Source: Negaprion brevirostris (taxonomy: Eukaryota). From it: a stretch of DNA of 64,000 nucleotides. Below are positions 25,031-35,599 of this stretch, in pieces. Position 1 is the stretch's first letter, and the number at the start of each line of letters is the position of its first letter. Position numbers and translations under genes: made by a program. Location of the stretch: positions 70,465,676-70,529,675 of the forward strand of contig JARDVH010000084.1 of NCBI GenBank assembly GCA_030324005.1. The letters run 5' to 3'. Below the pieces are notes generated by a model. That model saw nothing but the letters and a program-made list of their open reading frames with translations, did no database searches and was not told where the DNA came from.

Positions 25031-26607
25031 ATTCCAGATTTTGCTTTTGCCCTTAACCTGCTCATGGCTAAACTTGTCATCAACAGGTCCAGGCAACGGG
25101 GAATCAAGGAGGTTGTCTGGCCTGACTGTCTGCCCCTCTTCCTTGAGTAAGTTCACAGCAGTGTACCCTTGCAGAGGGAGCACGTGGAATCAGCTGGCTG
25201 TATCAAGCCTTTCTGTGCCACATGGACATTGCAGGATCTGGGGTGTTTTAGCGACACTCCTTTAATCACCTTTTGTTTCAGGAGTTAAGCTTCCTTTGGA
25301 ATTTATTTTTATTTGATGCAGTATCTCTTTAAGTGGCTGCCTTTTTACTGCCCTGAATTTGTTAATTTAGTTTTACTGATTTGCCAAAAAATAGGATTAT
25401 CAGGCGCTCGAGGCAAATATTCAGCCTTGTCCACCCATTCTCCCTCCAACCCCCCCAAACATAATTGAAAATAAATATTGTGTTTTAGTATAAATAGAAA
25501 ATCTGCATTTATAATTACAGATCTATTTTACATGAAAAAAAAATTATGATAACGATTGCACATTTTCACTGTGGCACACTTTTCACCAGATATGTATGAG
25601 AAGAAATNNNNNNNNNNNNNNNNNNNNNNNNNNNNNNTGATTTAATATTATTTGTTCTTGCAACAGTTACAAGATGATTTTGTGTGCAATTTACACAATC
25701 AATAATCATTAAGGTTGAGTGGGCTAGATTAAATTACATTTCTTGAAACTATTTACTGGCTTGCAGTTTTAGACTAATAATGTAGATGTGCACATTGGTA
25801 TAACTGTTGCGTAAACGGCATGAGCAATATAATCAAAAATTCTGGTAAATAATGCAGTATAAATACATGGAAAGCTGTATGTATGTCAATATAAGAACGT
25901 AGGACCTAAAAGCAGGAGTCATCCCTTTGGGTTGGGCGGGGTGGGGGAGGAGAATCCAGACTCGATGTGTTAAAAGCAGCTCTTGCCATCCACAGTGAGC
26001 CACCAGAGGTTTGGACCTGCCAGTCTGGCTTTAAAAAAATCAGAACTTTCATACTGAGAGTTGTGATTTCTTTTAAAGCTGCTCATTAGGTCAGTTTCAT
26101 ACACTGCTACTGGGGAGTGGGGAGATGGAGTGTTGGGAGGATGGAGAAGGGCGTAGGGTGTTGGGTGTGGAATAGGACTGAGGTAGGAGGAGGTTGGATG
26201 GATGGGAGTTTGGCGGGAGAAGGATTGGGGATGGGGGCATCATTAGTGGGAGGTATAAGAAAGAGATTGGTGGCTGTGGGGGCACTAATATATTCACCTG
26301 AAAAGCATAGTTTTGGGGACTTAAAATTATCAGTNNNNNNNNNNTCAGGAAGAGAAAAAAAAACAGCGAATGGAGAAATGATACGGCAAAAACATTTTGT
26401 TAGAGCTCCAACACCTCAAAATTGGGCACTGCACCACTGTTGTCCATCCAAAAAAAACTATCCAATTTCAGAATGTGAATATGTGTTAGCAGATCTAGAC
26501 TTTTCAGTCCAACTCCCAAAGTTTCTTTCCTTACGTAATTTACAAGGTGAGAGTGGCTGAAGACACAAAGGTCAGAACATTGTTTGTGATGTGGAATCAA
26601 GTACACT

Positions 26608-27231
26608 TTGGCCCAAATATCTGTAATCTCGGGGGTTAAAACCCAGAGGTGTTTGCTGCGGAATCTCCCCCCTCCCTATGCAGGACTGCGTGGAAATTGT
26701 CTGACAAGTTCAAACTTTAAAAAAAGGCTTCAACTCTGCACGGGAAGCCATCCAAAACTATTGATTTGAATCAGCGACTTTGGATGGTTCTGACTCTCTT
26801 GAGAGCCTAATCACATAGGAAAATTAGGAGAATTAAGCCAACTTCTATCTTTCGGGTAACCAGACTAGTGACCCCAGACACCCCCCTCATCACAACCCCG
26901 NNNNNNNNNNNNNNNNNNNNNNNNNNNTCTTGACTTGACATATTCCCCATGCCAACAACTTCCCTACCCCTTTGCTCATTCAGCTTACTTACCCTTACCT
27001 TCTCAAGGTGCCTGAGACCTTTAAGCTTTCTGGTATATGGCAGCTATTGATGTGAAAAGGAGGCATGACTTCCAATCCCTTGACATTGCATTGGAAGAAC
27101 TCAGGAGCCAGCTAGGCTGTACATTTCTCACACCTGGATCAGAATTCTGGGAAAGAAATGTGCTTAGTTCCAGGCTAAGTTAAATGAAAAGGAGTGGAGC
27201 GCCAATCCATTCCACACAAGTTCTGGCCCAG
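26608..27231. mobile_element. MITE-like non-autonomous DNA transposon
   Basis: GGCCCAAATAT... and ...AGTTCTGGCCC loosely inverted termini around a GC-richer interior. Confidence 0.35.
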
Positions 27232-27884
27232 TATAGCACAAAACGGCATAATCACTGTAACACATTTGAAATTATCATACCTCAAGTGAAAAGCAAATGC
27301 TTCTAGGCCACTTAAACTGGGCAAAATTATTGGACTTCAATTGAGTAGAAGCATTACCTATTGACTTTTATTTGCCTTCTTTCACCTGTGGATCAATGCC
27401 AATGGTTCAACATCACCACAGTATCCTCAGCTTGTTGGCTTTTCATTCAGTTAGTACAAGCAATACAGGATGAAGTCCATACAAACAATAGAAAATTAGT
27501 TTGCTGGCCTATGTACATCAAAGGCAGGGAAGCTTCAATAACAGGAAAATTTGTCACCATCTAAGGTTCCTATCTGAAAGTCTCTATTTAAAGACAAGGT
27601 GAATCAGTCCCACTCATTCAAAGCAGTTAACATGAGGATTTCAGGATCCATTCTTCCTTAGTTCCTTAGTAGTTTCTCTCAAATTTGGATTCGAAATTCA
27701 ATTCTCAATTTGCAAGACTAAACTAAGATCAGATTCATCTCAAACTTCAACTCGAATGAAATGGAAATCAGACAGGCATAAGNNNNNNNNNNNNNNNNNN
27801 NNNNNNNNNNNNNNNNNNNNNNNNNNNNNNNNNNNNNNNNNNNNNNNNNNNNNNNNNNNNNNNNNNNNNNNNNNNNNNNNNNNN

Positions 27885-28112
27885 GGAGTTTACATGTTCT
27901 CCCTGTGTCTGCGTGGGTTTTCTCCCACAGTCCAAAGATGTGTGGGTTAGGTTGATTGGCCATGCTAAAGTTGTTCCTTCACGTCCGGAGATTCGCGGGA
28001 AAATATGTTGGGGAAAAAAGAGGGGGGGGGTAGGGTCTGGGTGGGATTGTGGTCAGTGCAGACTCGATGGGCCAACTGGTCTTCTTCTACACTGAAGGGT
28101 TTCTATGGTTCT
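27885..28112 (+). mobile_element. HE1-type V-SINE (CR1 tail), 5' end in gap
   Basis: V-domain and GCAGACTCGATGGGCC...TTCTATGG tail. Confidence 0.8.
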
Positions 28113-28767
28113 ACGTTTTTTAGAAATCCCAAAGGTCCAGCAACCGATGCAATGGTCTCACAAGTCAGGGAGAACCCAAGTTCAATTGCTTACCTCTGCT
28201 GAGCTAATTGACCTTGAATGACTTGGTAGAACTATGCTGTAGCCTAGAATCACCACATTCAAGTTTCAGTTTGATGCAACACTTTGGGAATGAGGATATA
28301 TCATCCTTGACTTACAAATTTAAATATCGTTTGGCCATTTTAGTCCTATGCTCAAAAGACTACTCTTGGGATAGTCTTAAACCAAGAGAAGAGTCCCCAG
28401 GGTGTTTCCTTGACAATCGCTGACTATAGCTGAGCTCTCATAAACAGAGTGCATCGAGAGCAACAACCACCTGATACCGACTCCCACCTCAAGCCAGCTT
28501 AGTAGACATCTACCACCACCTTACTTTGGACTTTGACCTACCTCTTGCCTCCTCTTGTTTTTCCTAATCAGTTTCTTGCCTTCTGAATTATGAAGGATGT
28601 CAAACGGTTTGAACTGGTGGTCAAACAACTGGTCAAAGTAATGAATGATGGTGTAGCCAAAAATCTCCTGCATGTTAACAGCAGTTCTGGCTTGAATAAC
28701 TGGTCATCAATCTCCAGTGACAGGTTCCACTCCTCCCACCCATGCTGCCCCTCCAATTATAGATTTT

Positions 28768-29345
28768 GGCTGGAATTTTACCACTGTACCCACCCTGAAT
28801 CCGGGGGTGGGCGAGGCAAGGGACGGGCATTTTCCGTTGGTCTCGGGCAGACATGTAGATAAAATTCCGCCCTCTGTCTCTGGAGGAGCAACAAAACTGG
28901 AAGAGAGGGAACCTGTGATTGGTAAGCATTCAGTGTGGGAGAGGCAGAATCTGACTGACTGCAGGAGCAGCTCTGTCATTCCTGCACTCATTGTTCTGCA
29001 CTTAGTGCTCATTCTCAGCAACTGTCAGTTTAACTGATAGCTGACAGTCCTTTTAAAAAAAACTGACAGTTGCTGAAAGCGGGGAAGACGTGACTGTTCC
29101 AATCTTCTTAAAAGCACGCTGGGAAACTACAAAGCTGTCCAAAGGCCAGAAGCAGCAGTTCCTACTTCGAGCAACAGTCAGTAAAACTGACTGCTCAAAT
29201 ATTTTTAGGAAGCTGGTCTTTTGAGTCTGAAGGTTGGAAAGGAAGATGCCCATTCGCAAAACCCCAATGTCAGAAATCCACCATTTGACAGGGATATACC
29301 CTTACTGAACCTTCTCCATCGGAAGATCGCTCAGAAAATTCAGGG
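28768..29345. mobile_element. MITE-like composite with internal inverted repeats
   Basis: GGCTGGAATTTT...AAAATTCCGCCC unit (28768-28872), the internal inverted pair TCAGCAACTGTCAGTTT / AAACTGACAGTTGCTGA, and a right end GAAAATTCAGGGC. Confidence 0.45.
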
Positions 29346-29561
29346 CATGGTGTTCATCTTTTAGCCTGTTTAAGGTTGGAATTAGGGTTTCAACTGCTGA
29401 TCAAAAGATCTGGGCCACTGTGTCTTACAAATACGTTGGACCTCTTTTAGAAGATTAGTTAATTGGTTAATTTGGGAATCAGTAAATACATAATATCTGG
29501 ATTTTCAGCAATCATTTGATATAACCGTATGGAAAATGATGCTTCTTGTAATGTTAGACAA

Positions 29562-29901
29562 TTTGCTGATGGAGGTATATTACTTGAGTGTAAGTGCTTC
29601 ATTTTCACTTTTATTAACATGCTTGATTTACCTCCGCATGTCAAAAATGTGGATGTTCTTTCGTATTCATTTCCTTCATTCGGTGCAGCGACTTTGAATG
29701 TTACTGTTGCCACTATTGATAACTAAATGATGCGACTCCATGACAGATGTGAAGGAGACTGATAACATTCAAAGTGGCTGGACCAATGAAGGAGATGAAT
29801 ACGAAGGAACAAACACATTTTGACATGCAGGAGTAAATCAGGCACTTTGATAAAGTGAAGATGAAGCATTTAGACTTGAGTAATCTACTTTTATCAGCAA
29901 A
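29562..29901. repeat. Long imperfect palindrome (~140-bp arms, ~55-bp spacer)
   Basis: 29562-29704 aligns end to end with the reverse complement of 29762-29901 (e.g. GCATGTCAAAAATGTG / CACATTTTTGACATGC; ACTTTGAATGTTA / TAACATTCAAAGT). Confidence 0.9.
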
Positions 29902-30521
29902 GACATAGGATCAAACAGAATCTAAGAGTGATTGTTGGCATGAATTAGATCATATATGAACTACTGCAATGTGCATTTTGGAAACACAACACCTAGACAT
30001 AGCTTGATTGATCACCATTGCCTATACTCATCCTTCTCAAGAGTCTTTGAATACGGCAATAAATAGGTAGTGGATTAAGTGATAGGATTATTCCACTTTG
30101 TTATTAACTCAAGGTTTCCACCTTCATGCAATATTGGAGCTCCCTTGAAAAATTAATGCCAATGAATATTGCAGATTCACTGAAGTGTGATAAGGTTGCT
30201 TACAGGTCCTGACTATAAAAAGAAAACTAAATTCAGTTTCATTAAAAAAACATTCAGCAGTGTATTCAAAGCTTTTATTTCTATTATAACATCTATTAAA
30301 GAAGTTCATTTCTCTTAATCAAGAAACTTCAACATTTGCTGTACCGCTGTTGGGGCTTGTCGATACCCTATTCATCTCCTATTTTGATATTTCCCATTGT
30401 GCTTTGTTTGCTGATTGTATCAAAGTTAGTTCCAATTTTATCTCATTGAAATGGTCTATTTTGGCGAAGTTTGATCTTGACTGCTCCTCGAATCTGAAGC
30501 TAGGTTTGGTGTGTGGTTTAT

Positions 30522-30693
30522 CAGTAAGAAGCGTCATAGCACCAGGTTAAAGTCCAACAGCTTTATTTGGAATTACAGGCTTTCAGAATGCTACTCCTTC
30601 ATCAGGTGAGTGGTGAAGGAGCAATGCTTGGAAAGCTTGTGATTCCAAGTAAAGTTGTTGGACTTTAACCTGGTATTGTGAGACTCCCTACTA
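30522..30693. mobile_element. Palindromic Penelope pseudo-LTR mini-element with back-to-back hammerhead-like motifs
   Basis: ACCAGGTTAAAGTCCAACAGCTTTATTTGGAATTAC pairs with GTGATTCCAAGTAAAGTTGTTGGACTTTAACCTGGT. The minus strand has TCAC-CTGATGA-AGGAGTAGCATTCT-GAAAGC. Confidence 0.8.
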
Positions 30694-30778
30694 NNNNNNN
30701 NNNNNNNNNNNNNNNNNNNNNNNNNNNNNNNNNNNNNNNNNNNNNNNTCAACCATTGGGCAAACAAGGCCAATACCTA

Positions 30779-30905
30779 GGGTGAGATTTTCCAGCCGGGC
30801 TTGCCCAAAGGTTAGAAAATCTCGCTGAGGTCAATGTACCTTTGTGTTGTCTGTGTTTCACCTGCTATAATTCCCGTAGCAGGTGGGACAGGAGAATATT
30901 GCCCT
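30779..30905. mobile_element. Small MITE
   Basis: GGGTGAGATTTTCC...GGAGAATATTGCCC loosely inverted termini. Confidence 0.4.
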
Positions 30906-30954
30906 CCGAGTGGAAACTTTTGGCTGGTGGCAAAAAACTAAATTTCCAGCCAAT

Positions 30955-32830
30955 GACTCACTGAGCAATGTTTGGATAAACTCTTAAAATTTACAACACT
31001 ATTTATAGGAGAAATGATTGGCCAAATGCCTGTGAGGCATGATCAAACTGATGAGTTTGGAAGGATGGCTGGTTATTCCATAGAAAAATATATTATAGAA
31101 TTTTAACAAGTTATATAACATTGTGGAGCCTTGGTATGAGGTCCCTAATTTACTGCTTCTTTTCAAGTTGTTGAACTTTGCTAAAGTACTGAACATGAAT
31201 AGACGTGAAATGACTGTTTTTGGAACAGATGTCTGAAGCTACAAAACATTTTCTGGGAAAACATTAATCTGCAGCCACTTTCATGGCACAGATGGAACCT
31301 TCAACAACAACACAATGAATGGAGGGGTCATTATTGACCACAAACCAAAGGCATGAGGCCCTTTTAATAGCTCCTAACAGATGACAGGAATTGGGGAACT
31401 ACAGCAGGAGAATGAATCCCAGGAATAACCGAGGAATGGTCAGTGGGTTTTTCTGATGTGACTCAAAAATATTATGTACAGATTGGAATAATAAGATTTT
31501 TGAAATAACACATGGCATGGAAAGTTTGGAAGAGGAAGACTGATCAGTCTGAAGGAATTGTATTGGTCACCAAAAGTTTTACTCCAGTAATGGGTGTTCT
31601 AGTCATGGAGTCATTCAATTGTGCTGTGTTAGACAGTGGGTGTGCGTCCACAATACGTGGAGTGGGTTGGTTAAACTGTTATCTGGATTTTTTTGATGTG
31701 AAAGATCAAAGTTAAGTGATATGAAAGTTCCACGTAATTTTGGTTTGGGGACAATAACACACTAACGTCACTAAAGAAAGTGATGATTCTGTGTAAAATA
31801 ACTGGGATAAATCATTTTATCAGTACAAATATGTAAAGTACCTGACTATTGAATATAATATGAAAATTAGATATGAAACAAGACAAGGCAATTGTTTTGG
31901 GGACATCTGTAGATTTAGAGTTTACACAATTGTAATACTATTGTGTCCCCTTAATAAGACCTAATATTTCTAATCACAATGCTAAAGGAGTGTTGATGAC
32001 ATCAAGGGGTAGGAGTTTAAAGGAAAAAAGGCACATTGTTTTAACACCACATTGGTAGCTAATTTGCCCATCCACCTTGTCATTGTTTAAAATTTCTACT
32101 AAAGGATGCAGGGATAATGGATGATAAATACATTAAACTTACAGAAGACATCAGTGAGAAGCATGATACATGTAAAAAATATAGGACACCATCATGGTCT
32201 GTCGTGAGCCTCCAATTAGCAAGAAACTAATTAAATTATAACAATGGACTTGAAATTGTGGGATAAGGACAGAAATATTTTTTCTTACACTTCCAAGACA
32301 TGGCAATTAGTTTCAGTCTGCCAAAACTAATATACAGTAAATACAAAAAGGTAATTGTGGACAAAATAATGGAAAAAATAAATAGGAACTGGACTAGCTA
32401 AATTTATAACTGATAATGGTGGGAGGGGAATTTGCCAATGATGAATTTAAAAATATGTTTCAAAATATGAACATCATAGCAATGAACATAGCAGCGGTAA
32501 GTGCCTTTTGCAATGGGATTTTTGAAAGAAATTACGCAGTAATTGATGAGATATTATATAAAATCTTAGCTGACCAACCATGTTGTAAACTGTTATCTAC
32601 TATAGCGTGGGCAGTCCATTGAAGAATTAACTTCAAATGACTGTCGGCTACAGTCTTTATGAATTAGTTTATGGGAGATATCCAAAAATACCTTCCGTGA
32701 TGTAGAATCATACCCGGCCTTGGAAGGGATTATGATTAGTTCAATTAGTACTTGAATGCCCTGCATACAATGTGATGGGCATTTATCAAGGCTGGGGGTT
32801 TCAAGAAAATTTGACAAACCAAGTGAAATC
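30955..32830 (+). mobile_element. Degenerate Ty1/Copia LTR retrotransposon (gag-PR-IN, probably GalEa clade), truncated before RT
   Basis: gag SIEKYIIEF (~31078) and VPNLLLLFKLL (~31141), decayed knuckle region MNPRNNRG..S....CDS (~31413), protease AVLDSGCAST..G.GWL (31623-31672), then integrase TDNG/GGEFAN..F (32409-32450), CNGIFERN and LNALH...AFIKA (~32752). Integrase directly follows the protease, which is Copia order. Confidence 0.8.
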
Positions 32831-33084
32831 ATTAAAAATAAGTTGAAAATCCGGGGGCACGGTATATTAATCATAACATATTCCAATAGTGTCCCTGCAT
32901 TGAGCCTTCTGATGGATCCCATAGCACATTTTCCAGGCTGCATCCAATCTCTGACTACCCGGAGACCAGAAGATCTGGGCCAATATGTCTCCAAACTGAG
33001 CATTTTTAATGACCTCTGAGCTTGGTAAAATAAAAATTACATTCAGATAAATGTGCACTCTAATTCCCAGCATTGGGTGTATTT

Positions 33085-33220
33085 CTTTTATTTATTATTG
33101 TCACAAATTGGCTTACATCAACACTGCAATGAAGTTGCTGTGGAAACCCTACTCGCTGCCACCCTCTGGCACCTGTTCAGTTACACTGCAGGAGAATTTA
33201 GCATAGCTAATGTACCTACT
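33085..33220 (-). mobile_element. 3' part of the alternative-tail V-SINE
   Basis: TTTATTATTGTCACAAATTGGCTTACATCAACACTGCAATGAAG...GAATTTAGCATAGC. Confidence 0.65.
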
Positions 33221-33927
33221 GTGTGTATGAGCCACGGTGTGGGGTGTTCCAGAAGGTATGAAGTTAGTCACTTTGAGCAGAGCTCTGAAGCATTCTCCCG
33301 CAACCACACTGCTCCCATTTCCCTTCACCTACCTTATTATTTTAAAAATAAACTGTATTAATTAGCTACAACCTGTAACACATTCCCTGTGTCCACTATT
33401 CTTCACATAATCTATATAACACTAGCAACTAAGTTACAGCCTGCAGTCACCTCTGAACATTGTTCTTCGCGGGGAAATATCAGTCCACCTATCAATTAGA
33501 TAATAGTCTGTGATTTATTCAGAATGATTTTCTCTTTCCATAAATTTATAGTCTGTAATACTGTCCTAGATATTTTTGGTTATGTGCATGGTTATGTATT
33601 TAATGCTTTGCAGGCAGAACAGTGGTGCAGAAGGTCAAAGGGAATAAAATCAATAGAACAAAAGATGGTGGCACGTACTGAAACAAATCCTGCTGCCACA
33701 CTGATAGGACAGAGGTTTCATTGCCAAGGTGGAGACAGATTTGAGTGTGGACAGAGAGTTAACAGCCTGAGAAAATGCTGGTACGTCTGATCCCACCACA
33801 TCACAGTTTCACTGACGTGGGTATTTGCAGACAATGGGGAGAGCTGTTTAGAGCGTTTGAGTCATTGATTTAAATATTTCAGTCATTCAGGATTCAGATT
33901 TTAAATGCTGACGCACGGGTTTCCCAA

Positions 33928-34518
33928 GATTTAATTTGATTTATCATAGTCACACGCAGTGAACAATATTGTTTTGAGTGCACTATACAGACAAAGCATA
34001 ACATACGTTAATAAGGAAAGGAGACAGTGCAGAATGTAGTGTTACAGTCATAGCTAAGATGTAGAGAAAGATCAACTTAATGCTAGTTAGGTCCATTCAA
34101 AAGTCTGATAGCAGCATGGAAGAAGCTATTCTTCAGTCGGCTGGTGCGTGACCTCAGATTTTTGTATCTTTTTCCCGACAGAAGAAGATGAAAGAGAATA
34201 TGTCTGGGGTGTATGGGGTCCTTAATTATGTTGACTGCTTTTCCAAGGCAGCGGGAAGTATAGACAGAGTCAATGGATGAGAGGTTAGTTTACATGATGG
34301 ACTGGACTACATTCACAATCCTTTCTTGGACAGAGCAGGGGCTATACCCAGCTGTGATACAACCAGAAAGAATGTTTACTGTGGTGTGTTTGTAAAAGTT
34401 GGTGAGAATCACAGCAGACATGCAAAATTTTTTCGTCTTCTGAGAAAGTAGAGGCGTTGGTGGACTTTCTTAACTATAGTGTCAGCATGGGGGACAAGGA
34501 CAGGTTATTGATGATCTG
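33928..34518 (-). mobile_element. Rex1/Babar-like LINE 3' portion
   Basis: Reverse copy of the 10640/63415 family extending further 5'; GATTTAATTTGATTTA tail. Confidence 0.75.
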
Positions 34519-34812
34519 AGTAGAGTGATCTGTGCAGAGGTCGACAGGGTCAATAAATCAAGAGCACATTGAGGGAATCATCAATTGATGTAACCAACAG
34601 GCTTGAAAGCTTGTAAAAATGATACAATATAACTTCAGGTCTGCCAGAGGAAGGCTGTCTGAGCCACTGGCAGGGGTGAAACCATAATCAAGCAGTTGAT
34701 GGGGCTAGCCCATTGCAGTTTGGGTATGTTGATGCATACAATGGTATTTTGCCTAAGCTCGGGTAGAGTAAAGGGTCAGGTTAGCCGATGAGGTTGCCTG
34801 ATGCAATTTTTC

Positions 34813-34889
34813 AAAGCCATCTCGGCTTTTTGGCTAAGACGAAGCGTTAGATCAAGCTGAAGATGGGCTGCAATGCCTCATCTTGTCAG
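34813..34889 (+). pseudogene. U2 snRNA-derived segment (5' end of U2, apparently with a ~23-nt internal insertion)
   Basis: TCTCGGCTTTTTGGCTAAGA matches U2 TCTCGGCCTTTTGGCTAAGA at 19/20 positions. It continues CGAAGCGTTAG (U2 TCAAGTGTAG), and after an insert TGCCTCATCTTGTCAG resembles U2 TATCTGTTCTTATCAG. Confidence 0.6.
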
Positions 34890-35599
34890 GAACACAGAAA
34901 CATATAGAGAAACAGTGATATCCTGTTAAAGTACAGTCTTTGGCTGCAACACATGGCTCCATCGTGCTGTGGAATTGACACTACAAAAGTCCAAAGCCCT
35001 CAAGATGGAGGATGTAACATTTATTATCATTTTCTGTGTGGCCCATACAACACTCCATGCTGAGAAAAGTGCGAATTTGGGTGGGATGTGCAGGTGATGC
35101 TGGTTGTCAGGGCCTCTCAGGCTGATTTAATGCATGTTCAGCCAACATGTACCATACAGTAAGTATGCTCTTCTCATCATGCACAGAATGAATATGCGTT
35201 CAGAAACCACAGCTCCCCCCCTCCACCCCGCCCTGCCATATTTATTTAAAAGGATAGACACCCAACTTGCAGTTAAGGTGCTCTTGGCCCAAATCTAAGT
35301 TGGAACCTCTATTTCTAACCCTGTTCAGGCAAAAAAAAACTACCCATTACTTTCCCCTGCTCTTACTGGCCAACCTTTTGACAAAGGATCCTTCAAATTT
35401 CACTCAGCACAGGAANNNNNNNNNNNNNNNNNNNNNNNNNNNNNNNNNNNNNNNNNNNNNNNNNNNNNNNNNNNNNNNNNNNNNNNNNNNNNNNNNNNNN
35501 NNNNNNNNNNNNNNNGGTCACAATCCTGGAGGCTGCCATGATGCCGCCATTCTGAGGCAGTTTGTCAATCCCGCCACCTTCAGACCACCATGATGAATC

